Source of the DNA: Patescibacteria group bacterium
Lineage (GTDB): Bacteria > Patescibacteriota > UBA1384 > JBBRAU01
NCBI GenBank assembly: GCA_038206475.1
Contig: JBBRAU010000004.1
Span: 1-63,491, forward strand
DNA: 63,491 nt
Reading direction: 5' to 3'
Shown: piece by piece, positions 59,573 through 63,491 of the stretch
Position numbering within the stretch: position 1 is the first letter of the stretch
How the letters are laid out: every line of letters starts with the position of its first letter
Position numbers and translations under genes: made by a program
The notes under the pieces: model-generated
The model's input: the letters and a program-made list of their open reading frames with translations, nothing else
Told to the model about the DNA's origin: nothing
The model's database searches: none

Positions 59573-60961
59573 TTAGCCCAGACGAGAGTGAATGAGGCTG
59601 GCCAGCTCGGAAACCGGCACGCGGGTCTGCTCCATCGTGTCTCGGTCGCGCAGCGTGACGGTTTGATCCTCAAGCGTTTGGAAGTCAACTGTAGCGCACC
59701 ACGGCGTGCCAATTTCGTCCTGGCGGCGGTAGCGCTTACCTATATTGCCGCTGTCATCAAATTCGCAAAGAAAGTCCTGCTTCAGTTCGTCAAACAGCTT
59801 CGTCGCCTGCTCGACTAAGTCTGGTTTATTACGCAACAGTGGAAAGACCGCCACCTTGACTGGCGCCAACCGCGGCGGCAACTTCAATACCGTCCGGGTG
59901 TCCTCGCCGGTTTGCTCGACAACATACGCCTCGGTCAACATGGCGAGCAACATGCGACCAACGCCAACCGACGACTCAATAATGTGCGGCAGATATTTCT
60001 CCCCACTCTGCGGATCGGTATAGGAGAGGTCTTGGCCGGAAAATTTTTGGTGCTGGGTTAAGTCGTAATCGCCGCGGGCGTGCACACCCTCAAGCTCTTT
60101 AAAACCAAAGGGGAATTTGTACTCAATGTCGTAGGCCTCTTTGGCGTAAAAGACCAAATTCTCATGCTTCTGCCAGCGCAGATTGTCGGGATTCATTTGT
60201 AAGATGTCGAGATAAAATTGCCAGCGGTACTGGCGCAGCTTCTCGTACTCCGTCATCTCGGTCTCGACGTTGGTGAAGTACTGCATCTCCATCTGCTCAA
60301 ACTCGCGGGTGCGGAAGATAAACTGGCGGGCGGTGATTTCATTCCTGAAGGCTTTGCCGATTTGGGCAATACCAAACGGCACTTGCACTCGCACCGAGTC
60401 CAGCACATTTTTAAAATTGACATAAATGCCCTGGCAGGTTTCTCCGCGCAGGTAGACCGGTGTCTTTGTCCAATCGCCTTCAAAATTGCCTAGATTGGAT
60501 TTGACCAGCAGGTTAAAGCTCTTGGCCTCCGTAAAGTCAGTTTTGCCGCAGTGCGGGCATTTGACCTCGGCTTTGTGGGCGTCAAACAGCTGGTTAATTT
60601 CCGCTTCAGACATTTTTTCATCGGCCGTGGCGCCGACCGATTCCAAGGCATGATCAACTCTAATTCGGGCGTGGCAGTTTTTGCACTCGGCCAGCGGGTC
60701 AGCAAAGCCGGCCACGTGGCCTGAGGCTTCCCACACTCTGGGTGCCATAAAAATGGCGGCATCCAAGCCGACGATATCGCGCCGCAGCTGGACCATATAC
60801 TTCCACCAGACCGCCTTTAAGTTATTGGCCAACTCGACGCCGTAGGGACCAAGGTCATAAACGGCAGCAAACCCGCCATAAATTTCACTGGACGGGTACA
60901 CAAAACCACGCCGCTTCAGGAGCGCCTGCAGTTCGTCCAGTGATACCGTGTCTTCTGCCAT
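59573..60961 (-). CDS. glyQS: glycine--tRNA ligase (dimeric class II GlyQS type)
   Basis: 462 aa with RGFVYPSSEIYGG at the N-terminus, class II motifs (FRNEITARQFIFRTREFEQMEMQYF) and a C-terminal anticodon-binding domain. Confidence 0.92.
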   Translation of the reverse strand: MAEDTVSLDELQALLKRRGFVYPSSEIYGGFAAVYDLGPYGVELANNLKAVWWKYMVQLRRDIVGLDAAIFMAPRVWEASGHVAGFADPLAECKNCHARIRVDHALESVGATADEKMSEAEINQLFDAHKAEVKCPHCGKTDFTEAKSFNLLVKSNLGNFEGDWTKTPVYLRGETCQGIYVNFKNVLDSVRVQVPFGIAQIGKAFRNEITARQFIFRTREFEQMEMQYFTNVETEMTEYEKLRQYRWQFYLDILQMNPDNLRWQKHENLVFYAKEAYDIEYKFPFGFKELEGVHARGDYDLTQHQKFSGQDLSYTDPQSGEKYLPHIIESSVGVGRMLLAMLTEAYVVEQTGEDTRTVLKLPPRLAPVKVAVFPLLRNKPDLVEQATKLFDELKQDFLCEFDDSGNIGKRYRRQDEIGTPWCATVDFQTLEDQTVTLRDRDTMEQTRVPVSELASLIHSRLG

Positions 60962-61003
60962 ACTTGCGCTTAGCCTAGCCGATTTCCGTCCGCTTGGCGA
61001 GTG

Positions 61004-61030
61004 AAATAAAAACCAGGCCGCTGGGCCTAG
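61004..61030 (-). promoter_or_regulatory. terminator-like hairpin + U-run inside the glyQS 5' leader (possible attenuator)
   Basis: The minus strand reads CUAGGCC cagc GGCCUGG (7 bp including one G.U that would be A.C on the plus strand), followed by UUUUUAUUU, 43 nt upstream of the ATG. Confidence 0.5.
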
Positions 61031-61188
61031 TGAAACTGCAAGCGCTTACGGCGAGATTCTCGAGATACGTAGCGTTAGCCTGCGCTGTTTAAATCAACAC
61101 CTTCTTGTATCAAGGCTTCCAGCAGCTATTTTCCTGCTGGCGAACTGGACCACTCGCAAAACCGCAAGTTGTTGTCTTACTTAATTAC

Positions 61189-61217
61189 ATTATACAATTT
61201 AATCATATGTACGTCAA
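61189..61217 (-). promoter_or_regulatory. sigma70-type promoter of glyQS
   Basis: The minus strand reads TTGACG (61217-61212), a 17-nt spacer, then TATAAT (61194-61189). This implies a leader of about 220 nt. Confidence 0.55.
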
Positions 61218-61229
61218 TTACGATTTTAA

Positions 61230-62330
61230 TTACTCGCTGTATCGGCGAGGAATGGTTGGATCAAGGTGGCTGACAATTTCGTAGCTAATAGTATCCATCG
61301 CCTCGGCCATGTCTTTCGCTGTCAATTCAGCGTGGCCCTGGTTGCCAAAAATAACGACCTCCTCGCCGATTTGCGGCAACACTGGCAGGCCAGAAACATC
61401 GATCATGGTCATATTCATACAAACGCGGCCAACCACTGGACAACGCCGGCCGGAGACGAGAACCGAGCCCTTGTCAGATAAGTGCCGCCTAAAGCCGTCA
61501 GCATAGCCAATCGGCAGCACGGCTAGGTGTATCGGTTTTTCGGTTTTGTAGGTGCGGCCGTAGCCGATCGTTTCGCCGGCTGCTACCTTGCGCACCAGGG
61601 CAACCCGCGTCTTCAGGCTCAACACCGGCGCCATGCCCGGAAGTACCGGCGACAGGCCGTACAAGATGCGGCCGGGGCGAACAGCGTCAAAATACGCTTC
61701 GGATAGTTCGAGGGTGGCTTGCGAGTTTGCCAAGTGTACCAACGGCGGTGTCATACCGTGGCGCTGCAGCTCAAACAGCACGCTCTGAAAACGGCCGAGC
61801 TGCTCGTCAGAAAAATCACGGTCGGCGACGTCGGCAAAATGTGAGAAAATGCCGTTTATTTGCAGGCCAGGTAGGGTGCGCACCTCGGCATAGCTATCAG
61901 CCGCCTCCTCTGGCGCAAATCCCAGCCGATGCATACCGGTGTCAATCTTAATATGCACCAGCGCCGGCGTCTCGGTATGGCTGGCCAACTGACTCAGATA
62001 GCTGGCGGTTTGCAGTTCTGAGATGGTCAGGTCGATGCCTTGGCGCAGCGCCTCGGGCAGTTGTCCGGCCGGCACATAGCCAAGCACTAAAATTGGTGCC
62101 TTTAAGCCCGCCGTTCGCAGCTCCAACGCCTCCTCAATTTTGGCGACGGCAAAACGCTCAACACCCGAGGCCCACAAACTCATGGTGCACGGTATCAAAC
62201 CATGACCGTAGGCATTGGCCTTCACCACGGCAATCAGTGAGACATCTGGCCCAATGTGTTCGGCAATTAGGCGGGCGTTCTCGGTTAGTTGACGCAGCGA
62301 CACCTCTGCCCAGACGCTTTCATCTCTCAT
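61230..62330 (-). CDS. alr: alanine racemase
   Basis: PLP-lysine motif AVVKANAYGHG and a C-terminal beta domain with YGRTY. 366 aa. Confidence 0.9.
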   Translation of the reverse strand: MRDESVWAEVSLRQLTENARLIAEHIGPDVSLIAVVKANAYGHGLIPCTMSLWASGVERFAVAKIEEALELRTAGLKAPILVLGYVPAGQLPEALRQGIDLTISELQTASYLSQLASHTETPALVHIKIDTGMHRLGFAPEEAADSYAEVRTLPGLQINGIFSHFADVADRDFSDEQLGRFQSVLFELQRHGMTPPLVHLANSQATLELSEAYFDAVRPGRILYGLSPVLPGMAPVLSLKTRVALVRKVAAGETIGYGRTYKTEKPIHLAVLPIGYADGFRRHLSDKGSVLVSGRRCPVVGRVCMNMTMIDVSGLPVLPQIGEEVVIFGNQGHAELTAKDMAEAMDTISYEIVSHLDPTIPRRYSE

Positions 62331-63103
62331 AATGCTCGTTTCTCCCCCAGGTCAGGCGTACCGTAGCGATTGAAAAAGCCGGCCGCCCGGCGGCCCGGTC
62401 GCTCTGTATGGTAGTTGAGTAGCGTCTGAACAGCAAGATGGACCGATTCGCGGTCAGCGGACGCAAGCCTCAGCTTGCCGAAGTCGGTAACCGGCCGCTC
62501 GGACAGCAGCTTCAAAACAGCTGCTTGCTGCGGCGACAACGGCAGCGTGGCGTCGCTGCCTGAGGTGTGCGTATGGCAAACGAAACCGCCGCGCTGCGTG
62601 TCAAGCCCGACCACGGCTGCTTTCGTCAGTGGTTCACCGCCGAGGCTACAGGAATTGAGACTAGGCTTAAAACCAAGCTCAGAGAGTAGCTGCAGCCGAA
62701 ACCAGGCTACCACCAGGTAGCTGTCGACGCTCGGCAGCGCTTGGAGCGCCTGCAACAACCGAGCATACACCGCCGGTTGCGAGGCGTGCTCTGGTAGAAT
62801 GGTTTGAATGAGCTCTGACAGCACATACGCACCAGAAACCTGCTCCAGCGGTGCCCCGGCCGAGACAAAAACGGCTTTGACACTGGCCGCGACCAAGCGC
62901 GAAAAGCCGCGGCCGGTGGTCTCATAGTCAAGCTCTAGCCAAGAGAACGGCTCAACCGCGCCCACCCACTGGCTGTGCGGCCTTCTGACCCCCTGGACCA
63001 ACACATCAAACCAGCCGACCTCCGGTGTCATGACGGCGATCATCCGGCCATGCTCCTGAAAATCTCGCCGGCGCAAGACAACGGCGTCTGTTTTATGTTT
63101 CAT
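62327..63103 (-). CDS. recO: DNA repair protein RecO
   Basis: 258 aa. N-terminal OB-fold pattern (DAVVLRRRDFQEHGRMIAVMTPEVGWFDVLVQGVRR) and RecO-like length. 4-nt overlap with alr. Confidence 0.75.
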   Translation of the reverse strand: MKHKTDAVVLRRRDFQEHGRMIAVMTPEVGWFDVLVQGVRRPHSQWVGAVEPFSWLELDYETTGRGFSRLVAASVKAVFVSAGAPLEQVSGAYVLSELIQTILPEHASQPAVYARLLQALQALPSVDSYLVVAWFRLQLLSELGFKPSLNSCSLGGEPLTKAAVVGLDTQRGGFVCHTHTSGSDATLPLSPQQAAVLKLLSERPVTDFGKLRLASADRESVHLAVQTLLNYHTERPGRRAAGFFNRYGTPDLGEKRAL

Positions 63104-63115
63104 GGGTCATATATA

Positions 63116-63144
63116 TTGACATTTTAACTATAATCTTGTATATA
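63116..63144 (+). promoter_or_regulatory. candidate sigma70-type promoter
   Basis: TTGACA (63116-63121), a 17-nt spacer, then TATATA (63139-63144), in the AT-rich recO-divergent intergenic region. Confidence 0.5.
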
Positions 63145-63216
63145 TTAACCAGGATTTGTATGGGATACCTGTGCTGAGCGTACCACACTCAGCCCCTTGC
63201 GACACGGAGGTGAATA

Positions 63217-63491
63217 TTGACTGAACAAGCCCAACAGCTCGGGGCACTCGAAGAGCTGGTCCCGCTCTTGACGAAGGAAAAGTGTCGTCAACTGCGACGA
63301 GACCTGGCCCGTGTTCGCCAAAACCCAGAAGCATTGCCAGAGTCTCTTCTCGGCAAGCTTCACGCCAGCGCCGTCGAGTTTCAGGCCGCGCTGAGCAAAC
63401 TGTCGGAGTTGCTTGCTGCGGCGAATTCCGCTGCCGATCGGCCCGATCGAAATACGTCCTCGACAGCGACAGGAACCCCGACCTCGCCCCA
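63217..63491 (+). CDS. hypothetical protein, N-terminal fragment (runs off the window)
   Basis: Open frame from the TTG at 63217 to the window end, with GGAGGTG 7 nt upstream. It is not in the ORF track because it has no stop. Coiled-coil-like sequence (TEQAQQLGALEELVPLLTKEK...). The overlapping minus-strand track ORFs have no support. Confidence 0.4.
   Translation, partial: MTEQAQQLGALEELVPLLTKEKCRQLRRDLARVRQNPEALPESLLGKLHASAVEFQAALSKLSELLAAANSAADRPDRNTSSTATGTPTSP

Noticed and set aside
60962-61180. Calling the glyQS leader a bona fide T-box riboswitch.
   Set aside because: The canonical T-box sequence and the stem I K-turn/specifier layout could not be recognised by eye. Only a promoter, hairpins and a terminator-like element are supported. 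It is kept as a finding to test, not as an annotated riboswitch.

Overview
This 63.5-kb chromosomal window uses the standard genetic code: TGA terminates many conserved genes. Nearly all long genes lie on the minus strand. The gene content includes a monoderm-style type IV pilus locus, a sortase, dockerin-bearing surface proteins, a compact dcw cluster and many 4-8 nt gene overlaps. This suggests a small-genome monoderm bacterium, possibly Patescibacteria/CPR (Saccharibacteria-like), but that is inference only. Contents from left to right: (1) 580-17895, a type IV pilus locus with a PilX-like protein, four minor prepilins, PilD, a PilA-like pilin, PilC, PilT, an 881-aa PilB, a small TM protein, PilO-like and PilN-like proteins, a 1118-aa secreted protein and a DUF11-like protein. 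(2) 18124-21530, a divergent pyrimidine/folate module: a cytidylyltransferase-fold gene coupled to an extended dCMP deaminase, facing a ThyA-family enzyme and a DHFR::HIT fusion. (3) An ABC-2 exporter pair. (4) 23.8-26.7 kb, a compositionally mosaic islet with a dockerin protein and an IS200-type element whose tnpA carries an in-frame TGA. (5) 26.7-28.0 kb, a tRNA/rpmG cluster (Trp, Thr-GGT, Tyr, Thr-CGT). (6) Housekeeping genes: a TPR protein, holB-like, rpmB, an M50 protease and rarA. (7) tRNA-Pro. (8) A NurA-like nuclease, a large membrane protein, and a sortase locus with a candidate APVTG substrate and an 893-aa protein carrying seven dockerin-like modules. (9) PBP1A, radA and recJ. (10) The dcw cluster mraZ-rsmH-ftsL-ftsI-murF-mraY-murD-ftsW-murG-murC-murB-ftsQ. 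(11) glyQS, alr and recO. Two things look most worth a second look. First, the ThyA homolog has Asp at the position of the invariant dUMP-discriminating Asn, as dCMP hydroxymethylases do, and it sits beside a DHFR::HIT fusion and an extended dCMP deaminase. Second, a short structured repeat family sits only next to tRNA 5' ends. It reiterates the first 9-21 nt of the adjacent tRNA in tandem, has hairpins whose stems co-vary, and shares an 11-mer GAAYGMARTGM. All coordinates and motifs were read by eye; no searches or folding programs were run.
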